Positions 21,688 through 34,118 of a stretch of DNA of 64,000 nt are shown in pieces (position 1 is the stretch's first letter; every line of letters begins with the position of its first letter). Made by a program: the position numbers and the translations under genes. Below the pieces are notes generated by a model. That model searched no databases, was not told the origin of the DNA, and worked only from the letters and a program-made list of their open reading frames with translations. The DNA comes from Blepharisma stoltei ATCC 30299 (Eukaryota; Protista; Ciliophora), in NCBI GenBank assembly GCA_965603825.1, contig CBFDEM010000005.1, positions 62,001-126,000 on the forward strand, given 5' to 3'.

Positions 21688-22968
21688 TTATTAAAATATA
21701 ATCACATTTTCTATTACTCCATTTCTATGGATTTCTAGAATACTAACAAAAATTTCGAACCAAGGAAAGTAGTGGATAATTGGATTTACTGTCTTTTTGG
21801 AAGGCTTATCACGTTTTTAAAGCTATTATTGGTGTGATCGGCACTATGAAAGTTGAAAATATTGAAATTAGCATTATTAAAACACTTAAGAAAATATAGG
21901 GATATTTTATAAGAAGAACGAAAAGCAAGTAAATTATATCAAAATTGTTGTGAGAATTAATTTTTGAGATCTCTATGATATTGTTATGACTATTGTACTT
22001 TAAAAATACCATTATTCGGAAAATTGATTTTTTTATACAAACAGATATGAGAAAGCGAAAAATTTTTGAATTTTATTGAGTTTAATAAAAGTTGTATGAG
22101 CTGATAATTTCTTTTTTAAAGAATTTTATAGAGCTGTAATGCACTTGATCTATTTTAGACATTATTAAAGCTATTTATTATTTCTAATTTAATTTATTAT
22201 GATAATTCTTATTTCACTGGTTGCATTAATTCAAAAATAATATACTTTTCTCTATCTGGAATAGCTTATGCGTCCATAAAATGCTATCTAATATAGTTGT
22301 GGTTAAAATCTTTCTAGCAAATAAAATTTTTATTTAAATTAATTGTATTAATAGGAATTTATTTAATATAATACCTTCATATAGCCAGTAATCATTTTTA
22401 CCTAAATAATTAATTTAAATAAGAAAAAAGAAATTAAATTCAAAAAGAAAGTCTCTGAATTATTAAAAATTAAAAGTCGTCCTATAGTTTCCATCTCATC
22501 AGATTACTATAAAATTTAAATATTAAGCTTGAAATACTTAGCAAAACAGATTTTCTCATAACACAGGAAAATAGAAAAATTAATTTTCGTTATCCGAAAA
22601 ACTTATGAAATTTGCTCTTTTATATTAATTTCAATATAAAATAATTAAACAGTTACATTGAAAATTAAAAATCTAGAACAGTAGCTATCAGAAATAATTT
22701 AGTCTAAATTCTGGCATCACTTACAAAAAACCCTCCATTTTTTTATCGATAACGGTTGCACAAAAACTCAGTAAGACCGACTAAATGAATTAATTAACAC
22801 AGATTATTTAATTTCATTTAATTAAAGCTTTCCCATCCAAAACCCATAAAACCCAACATTAAGTTTAAAAAAAAATTAAAAATCTCTTAAAATTGTGTAT
22901 TTAATTAAATAATAAAAATTCTTGCATATAAACAAGCTACTTATATATTTATATGGACATCTGTAATC

Positions 22969-23163
22969 TTAATTTTCCACTGTTATCGACTCGGGTGGAA
23001 CAACTTGTATTTTGAAAACTTTGCTTTTCACTTTATAGTGTTTGCCTCCATAGTAGAGAGATTTAGTAAACTCTTTGTCATCTGTTTCAACGATACTTGG
23101 CGTCTCGTTTTTGTTGGTTTGCAAAGCCAATTTGTTTCCTTTGACTGGCAATCCGCAACCCAT
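22969..23163 (-). CDS. MGC-acylated microprotein B (64 aa)
   Basis: MGCGLP N-terminus; HYKVKSKVFKIQVV motif. Confidence 0.75.
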   Translation of the reverse strand: MGCGLPVKGNKLALQTNKNETPSIVETDDKEFTKSLYYGGKHYKVKSKVFKIQVVPPESITVEN

Positions 23164-23767
23164 ATTTTAATTTTTATAAATGGTCATAATTTTGGTATAG
23201 ATTTGCATAAAATGCAATTGCCCCACTAATTCTAGCTCAGATAAGGCTCAATAGTGAAATATGAATCAATGCTTCATTTCAGAGAAATATAATCTAACAC
23301 AATATCTATAGTTAATTTCTGTAAAGCATTTTTTTGTTCCAAACTTATGCGTTTTACTTTTTGTTTACTGAATGTGGCTGATTTTTGAATATAAATAATA
23401 AATTAGATAGGGCACAGCTATCATAAATTGTTTAACATATTTCCATAATAATTAACTATAAAGTTTTAAAAGAAAAATATCAATGCATAAAGAAAAGGCA
23501 TCCGATTTCTTAATGACTCGTCCAGGTATAAATTTATGAATTATCATAGATTCATATCTAAACCACATGATCAGCTTAAAAATATTTACCTTATAGATTG
23601 ACTAAAAAAAGACCACATGATACTTAATTCGACATTATTCTGGTTTGATCCTTGAAAAATTGGAAAATTCACCTTATAGTTCCCAAAAAACATTATTTTT
23701 TATCACAATTATTATAATTCCACAAAAACTTCATATCATACATATTTTAAGGTGTTATTAATCTAAT

Positions 23768-24613
23768 CTAGATATCTTCTTCTTTTATATTTGATGGAAT
23801 CCTGCTTAAATTCGGAAGCAAAAATGGGATATTATCCATCTCATTTCCCAAAGAAGGCTGAAAAAGATCATAATGACTGATTGCTTTTTCAGACAACTGG
23901 TCAGGCATCTCTGTAGCGTCTTTAAGAACGGAATTTAAATTAAGCAGTTCTGGGAGCTTTGGCTCATCTGGCTCCACATTTATTGATGCGACTTCGATTT
24001 TGACTTCTTTTTCATTTGCATTAGAAGGAGGAGCAATTTGTAAGATGTCGTCTACATAATAGTTGTAGTCAATTATTTCTGATTCTAATAAGGTCGGTGG
24101 AGTAGAAAGGGCAAGGTATTTAGAATTTAGTTTTTTTGGGCTAACTTTTATTAAATCTTGATGTGTCATCAACCAGTTTTGGTAGCTATGCATAAAGTTT
24201 TCGTACTTTTTTAGCACAAAATGTTCGAAAACCTGCATATCTTCATTTAAATATCGTTTAGCTGCATAAGCTGAATAAAGAAGCAGCCAATGTAATGGCA
24301 GTGAATGATTATTTCAGACAACCTTTTCAAGAAATATTGACCACATAGAGATTTCAAGCTCGTTGAATAAAAATTCTTTGCATGTGTCGCTGAGCATTCT
24401 GAGAAGAGGAATATGCCGTCATTCTGAAGGGACTTCTGGCGAGCTCGCTATTCTTCGTAAAAATAATTGAGTTTGTTGGCCTAGTCCATCCTTTGTATAG
24501 TGTTCATGCAGCATATCGTACTTTTGAGCCAAAATTTCAGATTCATCTGAAATTTTGCTTCTTTTGGTCGGAATTGGGATGTCAAAATCTTGGAGTTTTT
24601 CTTGAGAAGTCAT
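23768..24613 (-). CDS. Hypothetical protein, possible divergent cyclin-like fold (281 aa)
   Basis: Two ORFs joined by TGA=Trp; FNELEISMWSIFL...LLLYSAYAAKRYLNE weakly recalls the PHO80-type cyclin box. Confidence 0.7.
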
Positions 24614-24757
24614 TTAAAAATATAAAAGGTAATAAAATGATAGCTCATTTATTAGTTTTAATAGTTTAATCTCTTTGCTATCAGAATAAAACTAACGAAA
24701 TTCGGTTTGTAGTTATATTTTTATAAAGAAAGTTAGATAATTATTAATACAATTTTG

Positions 24758-26314
24758 TTATATTTTCGGCACTTTTGGGTGCGAATTTTTTGCCTTTATT
24801 TCTTCTTGTATTATTCTATAAGGAAATTTCAGCTTTTTTGGCTTTAAAACTATAAATGTGTTTTTCATAAACATACTCGGTATTTCTTTTCCATTTACTA
24901 AATAGTCTAAAAAGAATTTTTCTGTATTGCAAGTTTTATATTCTTCTAATAAGCATTCTTTTTTAATATCACTCGGACACTTACATATATTTTTATCTTT
25001 GAGTTTGTTTATCGAGCTAATTTTCTGCTTTTTATTAGTGCCTCCATTAAAACTTGTATGAATGTTATTATTTTTTGGGATTTTTTCGTTTAGATAATTG
25101 TTTACCTGCGTTGAGGTTGTGTTAAATCTTTTTAGACCTAAGGCATATTGAAAAAATGAGGTTTCAATTACTTCAAGTTTTATTTTTCCTTTGCTGTTTT
25201 GTGTATTTGTGATATTCAATCAAGATTGGATAGGCTCATTACTAAGAGAAGTCAATGATTTTGTTATTTGGTTAAATGAAATGCTCAAATATGAAGGGTT
25301 AGCTCTTGGATCGGGGACTATTAAAGTGATAGGCAAAGGAGAAGCTGATTTCGACTCAGTTGGAATACCTTTACATAAACACTGAAAATGCCGATTTTCT
25401 CCTTTTCTGAATAGCAAATCTGTTCCTGAAGAATATTTTAACTCTGCTGAATCTAAAGATGTGCTTGCAATTACAAGCATTTTTTCAGCGACTTGATTTT
25501 GGATTCCAAAATCAATAGAAATTTGTCTATAATTTTGTAATGTTTCTGGAGATTTTAACAAATTCTGACATATTGCGTTGCTTTTTTTTAATTTTTGGTC
25601 TTTTATATAGTCATAAATAGTTAAAGCTCTATAAACTCCATCAAATTTTATATTTTTCATTGAAAAATACTCTATCAGACTTGACACTTTTACTCTAGAC
25701 GAATTGACAAATAACACAACCTGATACTCCTTTATCAGTGCTTTGATACCTTTAATCGCTTGTCTCCTCATATATAACTTTGCTGGCTCAATGTCTCAAA
25801 TATTGTGCTTAAACACATCTCCTATAACTCCCTCAAAATTAATAACAATGACGCATTTGTTAGTTGCGTCTAATCTTCTGTGGATTTGGATTCTTTTAGT
25901 AGTTTTATGCACTGCTTTGGTTAGTGGGTTTAGCTTTTTTGGGTTCAAAAAGTATAAATCAGGCTCTATTATTAAGTTTTCTGCTGCTGGGCGGAGTTTT
26001 TTCCAGGTTATATGAAACTCTTGCCTTGGGCTTTTTACTTCATTTGATAGCAATTCTTCGACTTTTAATATATTTATATGTAAATCCACATTATTTGTAG
26101 GGGAAGAGTCGTTTTTTTCAATTATATTTCTGCCCTGGCTACTTTTGACTCTGCCATTTGGGGTTTTCGATCTATTTGATTTTTTGATTTTTGGTAATTT
26201 TACTTTCGGGATCCCACAAGCTGGATTTTCGATTAAAAGGGGCAGTAGCTTTTGTTCCCAGCCTAAAGTGCCTTCAAATGAGTCTATGTATGAATTGCAT
26301 CTTAAAGAATTCAT
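24758..26314 (-). CDS. HAD/FCP-like pseudophosphatase paralog 1 (518 aa)
   Basis: Three ORFs joined by TGAs at 25796 (aligns with TGG Trp of the paralog) and 25220. VIVINFEGVIGD..LYMR...YQVVLF. Paralog of 51143-52720. Confidence 0.8.
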
Positions 26315-26398
26315 TTATGATTAATCTTACATGATATTACTTATTACGTAATTCATATAAAATAAATTTCATATTTTAATTTATTTAAATAAATTCTT

Positions 26399-27373
26399 TT
26401 AATTTCTTTGCAATTTATTGATTATTTCCTTCAAGATTTCATTCTCTTCTTGTTGGCTATTAATTTTGCGCTCATATTCATCTTTAAAAGTTTCAATGTC
26501 GTTTTTCAGCTTATTTATATGCTGATTGAGCTCTTCTTGTATATTTTGATCGTAGTTTCATTGGTCTTGATATGATTTTACCATTTGATTTAGCACTTGA
26601 TTTTTCTTTTTATATACTTCTAAAGCCTCAAAATTTTCGTTATTTTTGACTTTCAGCTCATGCTCAAGCTCATTTATCCTTTCTTCCTTTTTTATGATCT
26701 CATTACTTAGTGCTTCATTTTTCATTTGAAAAATTTTAGCTTTATTTTCTTCTTCAAAAACTTCATTTTCAAGGGATTTTATTAGCTCAATATATTTTCC
26801 TTCATCAATTTCTTTCCCGCTCCCAGAATTTTCTCTTAATTGAAATATTTCTTCCTGCAGCTTCAGATTTTTTCTGTTTTCTTCTTCGAGCAGCTTCATT
26901 GTAAATTCTAATTTTCTGTTGTTTTCTTCTTGTTTATGATTTGTTTCGAATGCTAAAACCTGGAATTTTTCAATTAAATTGTCATTTTCTTCTTGTTGAG
27001 AGTGAATGGTACCTGAGAGTTCTTTTAAGCTGTCAATTATTATTTTCCATTTTTCTTCTTCACTTAGTGTTGCTAAATAATGATGATTTGCATCAATAAT
27101 TGGGATAATCGAGTTTTCCAGCTCTCTGATCAATTCATTTTTCTTCAAAAATTCTCTTTTAATAACTTCCTCAATTTCCACGAGCAATTCTAAATAATTT
27201 ATAATTTGTTCAGCATATACTTCTTCATTTTCACTGTCTTTTCTTTGCAAATACTCATATAACTCTTTTGCGCTTGCAAAGCACACATATAAGTGACTTT
27301 TTCCAAGAATTCTTTTGATTTCTTCCCTTACAGTTTCATCATACTCTATCTCATCCTTTTCATTATTTTCCAT
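26399..27373 (-). CDS. Coiled-coil protein (324 aa)
   Basis: E/K-rich heptads; reads through TGA 26558 to TAA 26399. Confidence 0.75.
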
Positions 27374-27409
27374 ATCTTTAATATTCCTTCTCTATAAACT
27401 TAATTAAGA

Positions 27410-27757
27410 TTAATGTTTTTTGTCTTTTTTTCCTTCTTTGACTAACAAACTTGTTGTAAGGCTTGCAGATTCAAATGCAGGGTTTGCAATCTGCTCAGAT
27501 TTTTTATTTTTCTTGCCTTTCTTATCTGAAACCTTTTTAGATGATTTTTCTTTCTTTTCTGAAGAATACTGCCAAATCCCAAGAACAATAGCAAGGATTG
27601 CGTAAACTAATGCGGTCCAATAACATAAATTTGCATGAGATGGCTTATCATCCATCTCAATATACTTGTAATCAGAACTAAGAGCAGCTCCAAGTCCGAG
27701 TAGAAAAATAGCACCAATTATAGCTGTAACAAGGCAATAAGACCTGCAAAAACCCAT
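27410..27757 (-). CDS. Small two-TM protein, RNase kappa / V-ATPase subunit f-like
   Basis: C..YC...AIIGAIFLLGLG...ANLCYWTALVY pattern, with a basic tail. Confidence 0.6.
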   Translation of the reverse strand: MGFCRSYCLVTAIIGAIFLLGLGAALSSDYKYIEMDDKPSHANLCYWTALVYAILAIVLGIWQYSSEKKEKSSKKVSDKKGKKNKKSEQIANPAFESASLTTSLLVKEGKKDKKH

Positions 27758-27804
27758 TTATTTTGAGCCAAATTAATTATGGATTTAGAAATTACTTATA
27801 AAAA

Positions 27805-28395
27805 CTATGCATCAACTCCTTCAACTTTTTTGACCTTAGGAACATAATGAGTGAGCATTTTTTCAATCCCGTTTTTTAATGTGACTGCACTTGAAGGACA
27901 TCCAGCACAGCTCCCCCTCATTTCTAATGTTACAACACCTGCTTCTTCGTCAAAGCTTAAAAATCGAACATCGCCTCCATCATCTCTTACAAAGGGTTTT
28001 ACGCGGTACTCTATAATTTCTTTTATCATTGCTAAGTCTTCAGAATCTGTATCATTAATTTTTGTGTCTTCGTCTTGCGGGACATCAGAAATTACAGATT
28101 TTCCTGATGAAAAATAATCCATAAGCACTTCAAAAATCAAGGGTTTTAAATTTTCCCAGTTTTTTTCTTGAGATTTACCAATTCCGACATAATCTTTGGA
28201 AAGAAATACTCGGCTGACACCTTCAATCTGGAAAAGTTGGACAGCAAGCGGGCAATTTGCTGCTAGGCGGAGAGATGGATAATCAATAGTACCTTCTTCT
28301 ATTACTGTGCTGCCAGGGTAGAATTGGAGAAAAGCAGGGTTTGGTGATTTTTGTGTTCTAATGAATATTGATCTCCATAATCTAATTCCAAGCAT
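27805..28395 (-). CDS. NFU1: Mitochondrial Fe-S cluster protein NFU1
   Basis: IRTQKSPNP..LQFYPG, RVKPFVRDDGGDV, GSCAGCPSSAVTLKNGIE. Confidence 0.96.
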   Translation of the reverse strand: MLGIRLWRSIFIRTQKSPNPAFLQFYPGSTVIEEGTIDYPSLRLAANCPLAVQLFQIEGVSRVFLSKDYVGIGKSQEKNWENLKPLIFEVLMDYFSSGKSVISDVPQDEDTKINDTDSEDLAMIKEIIEYRVKPFVRDDGGDVRFLSFDEEAGVVTLEMRGSCAGCPSSAVTLKNGIEKMLTHYVPKVKKVEGVDA

Positions 28396-28594
28396 TTTTA
28401 TATATATTCATTGAAATTTACTTAAGAATTTTCTAAGAAAATTAATTGAATCCTTTAAAACCCTAAAATCAACTGATTTATTATTTTCTATGGTAATTTG
28501 CCTTTTGAAAAGCATCTTAACAATTTATTTATTTTTTTTAAAAATCTTTTGTATTCTTATATTCTTATGGAGAAAGCAATTTATTTCTATTTCT

Positions 28595-29230
28595 TTAGCA
28601 GCAGCCTCCTTTTTTCACTTGGCCTTGAGACTCCCCATTTTGACTATTCGGATTATCTCTCACTATAGAAATCGTTCTCGGCTTTTCTACCTGCTGAGTG
28701 CTGCTGCTCGGCACACTCCCAACAGTAATTCTATACGCGATATCTTTAAAAAGTTGATCCACTCCGTATTTTGTTTTAGCGCTCGTTTTTCTAAAAATCG
28801 CTCCAATTGAATCTGCATATTCTTTTGCTTCAATTAAATCGACTTCTTCTTTGTCAACTAAATCTTCTTTATTCCCTGCAATGGCAATAACTAAATTCCT
28901 CGGGCCGAATTCTGCCAGTTCATCCCTTCAATGTTTCATAGCTTCATATGAAGCTCTATTTGTAATATCATAAACTAGAACGGCAGCCGCTGTATCTGCA
29001 TAATACATCCTTGCTAATGAATGATATCTTTCTTGCCCTGCAGTATCCCAAATGCTAAATTTAATGCTATGATTTTCTACTTCAATAGCCTTTGACAAAA
29101 ACGAAGCGCCAATTGTTGGGTCGAGGTTGTTATGAAAAGTATCAGCTACAAACCTTAATACAATGCTTGATTTCCCCACGCCTGAGTCTCCGAGAAGCAC
29201 CACTTTTACTTGACTGATTTCTTTTTGCAT
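28595..29230 (-). CDS. Rab GTPase, Rab5/Rab22 family (211 aa)
   Basis: GDSGVGKSS, PTIGASF, WDTAGQE; TGA at the conserved Trp (MKH-W-RDEL), then GNKED, TSAK and C-terminal GGCC. Confidence 0.93.
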
Positions 29231-29338
29231 AAAAATTATTTGAATTGTTAAGCATAATTTTATTCGAAGACGATGGTTTTATAAGCTTTTCTAAGTAAAA
29301 AACAGAGGGAAATTCCTTATATTATTTATTAGCAAGAA

Positions 29339-29899
29339 ATGGTATGGACTATATAGGGAGTTGACTTAGTGGCTGGTGGTAAAAAACCTAACCTTAACAG
29401 AAGAAAGGTGACAACTACTAACCTTTACTTGAGGCTTCTTTTAAAACTCTACAAGTTTCTTGCTCGCAGAACTGAATCAGGCTTCAACAAAGTGATCGCC
29501 AAAAGACTTGCAATGTCAAGACACAATAGACCACCACTTTCATTAAAACACATTGCCAAGTATATGAAAGGAAAGGAATCAAGGACCTGCGTTATTGTTG
29601 GCTCAGTTTTAGATGACCCAAGGCTCATTAATGCTCCAGAAAACCTACAGCTTGTCGCTTTAAGAGTCAGCGAAACAGCAAGAGCAAGAATTGAAGCTGC
29701 CGGAGGCAAGGTTTTGACCCTCGACCAATTTGCGGTACAGAACCCAACTGGAGCTAATACAGTCCTTTTGAGAGGAAAGAAAACTGCAAGAGAAAGCTAC
29801 AAGCACTTTGGAAAAGCCCCTGGATCCAAGAATTCTCATGCTAGACCTTATGTGAGAAGCCATGGCAGAAAATTCGAAAAGGCTAGAGGAAGAAGATAA
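29339..29899 (+). CDS. RPL18: 60S ribosomal protein L18 (eL18)
   Basis: ATG, intron 29342-29356 (gtatggactatatag), then GVDL...LYLRLLLKLYKFLARRT...RKFEKARGRR. Confidence 0.97.
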
Positions 29900-30018
29900 C
29901 TTAAAATATTTTCTTCGATTTTTAGTGAAATTTTAAATAAAATTAGTAGGGAAGATTTTTATTGGTAAATTTTTATTATTAGGAATATTGCAATGATTAT
30001 TTAATTAATTTAAAATTT

Positions 30019-32424
30019 TTATACAATGCTATCACTATCATCAAGCAGACTCTGAGATAAAAATCCTTTTTGGTGAAGCTTTGGATAGTAGCTTCTTTTT
30101 GAAATAATAAATCTATGGGCTATTTCTACTTCTGCTAATAGCCTTGGAACATAGCATATCAGTTCTGAGCCCACAGGATAACTTTCTTGCATATTTTGGA
30201 AAATCCCGGCTACTCCTTGACCCCAACCGTAGAGCTTTTTAGACTCTGATAAGCAGATGACGTTATATTCTCCACAAATAAAATCGATGATAAATTCATC
30301 TAAAATATCAACTGTGACTGGGAATTGGGATGATTTTATATTATTTCCAAGCCCTAGCTGGCCTTGCTCTCCATTCCCCCATGTGAAAAGCTGCCCATAC
30401 TCACTGAGAGCTGCTGAAAAAATTGATCCAGCCCCAATTTTTATAATTTTTTGATTTTTAAGGGCTAGTATTTTTTTGCATGTATTGGCCATGGAGCTAT
30501 TTTTGACTTCATTTAATGGTAAACCTAGCTGCCCAAACTCTGCCCATCCAAATGAATAAACAGCTCCTGATGAGTCAAGAACCAACGTATGGGCTTCTCC
30601 ACATGCAATTCCTTTAACCTTTATATCATTTTTAAAAAAATAATCATTCCTCAGTGGTCTTAAAGCAACATACCCAAGCTCATCTTTTGAAAGGGCTCTT
30701 GTGCCTATCCCAAGCTGATTAACATCACCTCGTCCCCATACAAAAAGCTCTCCTTCAGAAGAAATGGCTGCATTATGATATGCTCCTGATTCCATATAAA
30801 CAATAGTTTTATTTGCTAGGTCTGTAATAAGGGTAGGGAATATATAGGAATTTGTGTTCCCGTGGCCTAAACAGCCTGATGCTCCATATCCTCAGCTCAT
30901 AACAGAGCCTAAAGCAGTGACCAGGCAGCAATGTTCAAAACCGCATGTTATCCAGCTGACAGGGGTTGATATAAAGCTTCCTAATATTTCAGGAGCTAGC
31001 AAAGAAGTCAAAACTTGAGGCTTTTCAGACTGAAATGATATAAAAGCTTTGGATTTTCCTTCAATATTAGTGAATTCAAGCTGGGGGACTGATAAAAATC
31101 CTGCACAAGTGCATGAGCTAACAATTTCAAGCCTTTTGTACCGGTCGTCTTCGTCTAGCTCACAGATGACGATTTTTTTATAGAGAGGGGAAAAATTGTC
31201 AGGAAATTCGATATTTTCGGTTTCTTGGCCAAATGATATTTCTTGTCCAGATAAACGTAAATCGGAATTAGTTAAATTTTTTGGTGGTATTTTTGCAAAA
31301 ATTGTGGGTTGGAAGCACATACCTTTCATAACCTGCTTTGTCGCCCCACAGTCCTGCAGAAACACTCTATTCGTTATATGTATCGATCCTTCATCAGCAG
31401 AAATTGTCGACCCATTGCTTGACGAGCATGATGATCTCAGCGTTGCTGGATTTATTTTTAATCCAGAAAGTGCATATCTAGAATTAAACAAATTTTTCGA
31501 CATTTCTTCAGAATTTTCTGGTAGTAATTCTGCCATATGTGAAGGCAAATTATTGGACATGTCAGCTTCCTCGCTGCTTGAAATCTGATAACAGTCTTCT
31601 TCGCTTATAGAGCTAATCACGTTATTTTTTCGTTTTAAATCAAAATCGGATTCATTAAAATCTTTTTGAAACTCTTCTGATTGGTATAAATTTGATCCGC
31701 TGCTTATGCTAGAAATACTACTTCTCGGGTCAATTATTTTTTTTGGATTTTCAAAATCATTAGTCAAATCTATCGTATTTTCTATTGTTTGCACAATATT
31801 TGTGCCGGAATAAAACTCAATAGATGACGCAGGAGTTGTATGAGGGTTATATTGAATTATTTCTTGGTCGAAGTTATTAATTTTCCACATATCTTCTTTT
31901 TTCGGCAGCTTTATACCAATTTTTTTGGTTGGGGTCGCCGATTCGTTGGAAAATTGATCTGAAAATAATTCCTGGTTGACTTTTTTGGTTTCCTCTGCAA
32001 ATGTTTCGTCAATTGCAAACAATTGAATATCATTGATGATTTCGTCGTAATTTCCTCTTTTAAAAGGACTTATTGCCTGCAAGTTTTTTAACGTGCTCTT
32101 TATATCGACTTCGTCTATAAATGTGCAGTCTTCTTTTGAGATTAAAATTCAGGAGTCAGCCACTCTATAGATAGACCGAGGGTCATTTAAGATGGGGAAT
32201 CTATAGAGAGGGTCAGACTTAAATTGGGAGTGCCTAGGCTTGTCTGAGTTTCATATTTGCAATGAGACTGGGTGAGGCCCAGAGTAAGAACAAGATTTTT
32301 GCAAGATAAATGAAGACTGTGATACAGTTTCAACTGTAGTTGATCTATCTGAGATACGAGAAAGGCGGGTCTTGATAAATTTATCCTGGTCGCTTGAAAT
32401 CATTATAGATGCCACTTCTTTCAT
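30019..32424 (-). CDS. RCC1-repeat protein with long N-terminal low-complexity region (801 aa)
   Basis: Open from ATG 32424 with TGA=Trp; repeats CGFEHC..VMS-W-GYG..GCLG, CGEAHTL..FGWAEFGQLG, WGNGEQGQLG. Confidence 0.85.
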
Positions 32425-32660
32425 ATATTTTTAATTATATATAAAAACCATAGGAGTTAAAGCCAAAATTCAGATTAAGAATAGATTTGATTTAGCATAA
32501 AAACAATTATTTTTAATTATGTTTTATAAGGATTCTAAGCAAATCTTTAAGCAGTTTTGCTACGCTCTAGGCCACCTTAAAATAAAAATGGAAATCTATC
32601 TAATAAGATAAGCAAAAAATTTATTGTGAAAAATATTTACATTTAATTTATATCGTATCC

Positions 32661-32963
32661 TTAGGGAGACATTTCTTTATCAAATTCTTTGAAAAGCTCG
32701 TCTTCTATTATAGGGTTTGATGATCTTGGTGTTACTAATATTTTGGGCTTTCACTGTGTACTTGAAGTATCTAATTTATTTTGTGATCTTTTTCCATAAA
32801 TTATTTGGCTTATTTCTTCTAAAAGCTGGTTTTTCAAGCTCGCATCTGATTTTGAAGCGGTAGTACAGGCGCTGGGTGCTTTTGTATGCATGTGGTAGCG
32901 CTTTGGCTTTGGCAATAAGAGTTCTGATGGGAGACTAAAATACGAGCTACTGACTTCTGCCAT
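32661..32963 (-). CDS. Hypothetical protein (100 aa)
   Basis: Reads through TGA 32751 to TAA 32661; ends PRSSNPIIEDELFKEF. Confidence 0.62.
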
Positions 32964-33334
32964 TTATATATTACTTCCATTAGGTAGTAAAAAACAGGAA
33001 AAGAAAAAAAGGAAGAGTTTGTTAAGATTCCAGGCAGCTTTATCATTAAAAAAAATTAGCACATTTTTTATATGGTCGACTTTTATATCAGTTCAAATAA
33101 TAAAAAAATTTATTCTATGCTCAATATGAATGAGAATTTTTATTTAATTAATTGATTAATATTTAATTATTTATATCATAAATATCTTAATAAGCGATCT
33201 AAATACTTTAATTTTATAATAATAATCATTACCTATTATCTTGAGTGCTTTATTATGCTATTTAACACAAGCTAAATATATATAATTATCTTATTTGGAT
33301 ACAACCCCTATTATTTTTTTAATTTATTATTTAC

Positions 33335-34018
33335 TTACACCCTTCTTTTTTTAGAATTTTCATTCAAATCCGCCAATAGACTATCATTTAGCTCTTCTTC
33401 CTCCTTCACAACAATACTCCTTTCCCCCTCCTTACTTTTTAAATCATTTAAAATCCCTAAAAACTGTGCAGCGAGCTCTAACCCTGTTTCTTCTCTCATC
33501 CTTGCCACTTCTACCCTTGTCGTATCTATTTCTACTGAAAGTTCTGTCAAATCAGCAACCCTTTTATTTTGTCTATCAATAACCTCATTTTTAAACCTCA
33601 CTACCTCCATAGCCTGAACCAAAAAATCCTGCATCCCATCCCCTTTAAAGCTTTTTTCCAGCCTTGCCTTAAACATTGACACAAATAGTTTTGCTGCTTC
33701 GTCCATAGGCATATGGAGCTCAATTTCAGCTGAATTTTCTTCTTTATCCTCCCTAAAGAAAAATCGGCACTTATGGGAGGTTTCTTTAAAAGCGCTGCGT
33801 AAAATAGTAAAATAATCAGTGCTTATAAGCTGGGAATTACAAGAATTGGTAAAAATGTGGCTTGGGGTGTAAAAGAGAGCGCCATTTATTGAGATATAGA
33901 GCTTGCAGAGAGGGAGAGTAGGGTTGTATGTACAAGGGTGCGGGTACCAGTTGCTGATGATCCACATAGGGGTTCCGTCTAGTGTAGATGTATAGATAAA
34001 GAAAGAATCTGCGTTCAT
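33335..34018 (-). CDS. XRCC4: XRCC4-like NHEJ protein (227 aa)
   Basis: Head-domain pattern (WIISNW, LYISING, YFTILRSAF, RFFF), a coiled coil, then ELAAQFLGILNDLKSK resembling the ligase IV-binding DLYKRFILVLNEKKTK. C-terminal KKRRV. Confidence 0.65.
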   Translation of the reverse strand: MNADSFFIYTSTLDGTPMWIISNWYPHPCTYNPTLPLCKLYISINGALFYTPSHIFTNSCNSQLISTDYFTILRSAFKETSHKCRFFFREDKEENSAEIELHMPMDEAAKLFVSMFKARLEKSFKGDGMQDFLVQAMEVVRFKNEVIDRQNKRVADLTELSVEIDTTRVEVARMREETGLELAAQFLGILNDLKSKEGERSIVVKEEEELNDSLLADLNENSKKRRV

Positions 34019-34118
34019 AAATTGTCAGAAATAAATAATGGGAGTTAAAATATAGGACTTTATATGAAAATTGTGCAGATTTTTAATAAATATTAATTTA
34101 ACCCTAAATTTATTATTA

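Noticed and set aside
21809-22012. 67-aa hydrophobic minus-strand ORF
   Set aside because: Composition is what AT-rich non-coding DNA produces (I/F/L/N/K); no motif or paralog.
21688-22968. Retained IES, tRNA or telomere-addition site in the long AT-rich gap
   Set aside because: No cloverleaf, telomeric repeat or clear TA-bounded inverted repeat visible; cannot be excluded without read data.
28490-28810. 106-aa plus-strand ORF
   Set aside because: Antisense to the Rab C-terminal half revealed by TGA read-through.
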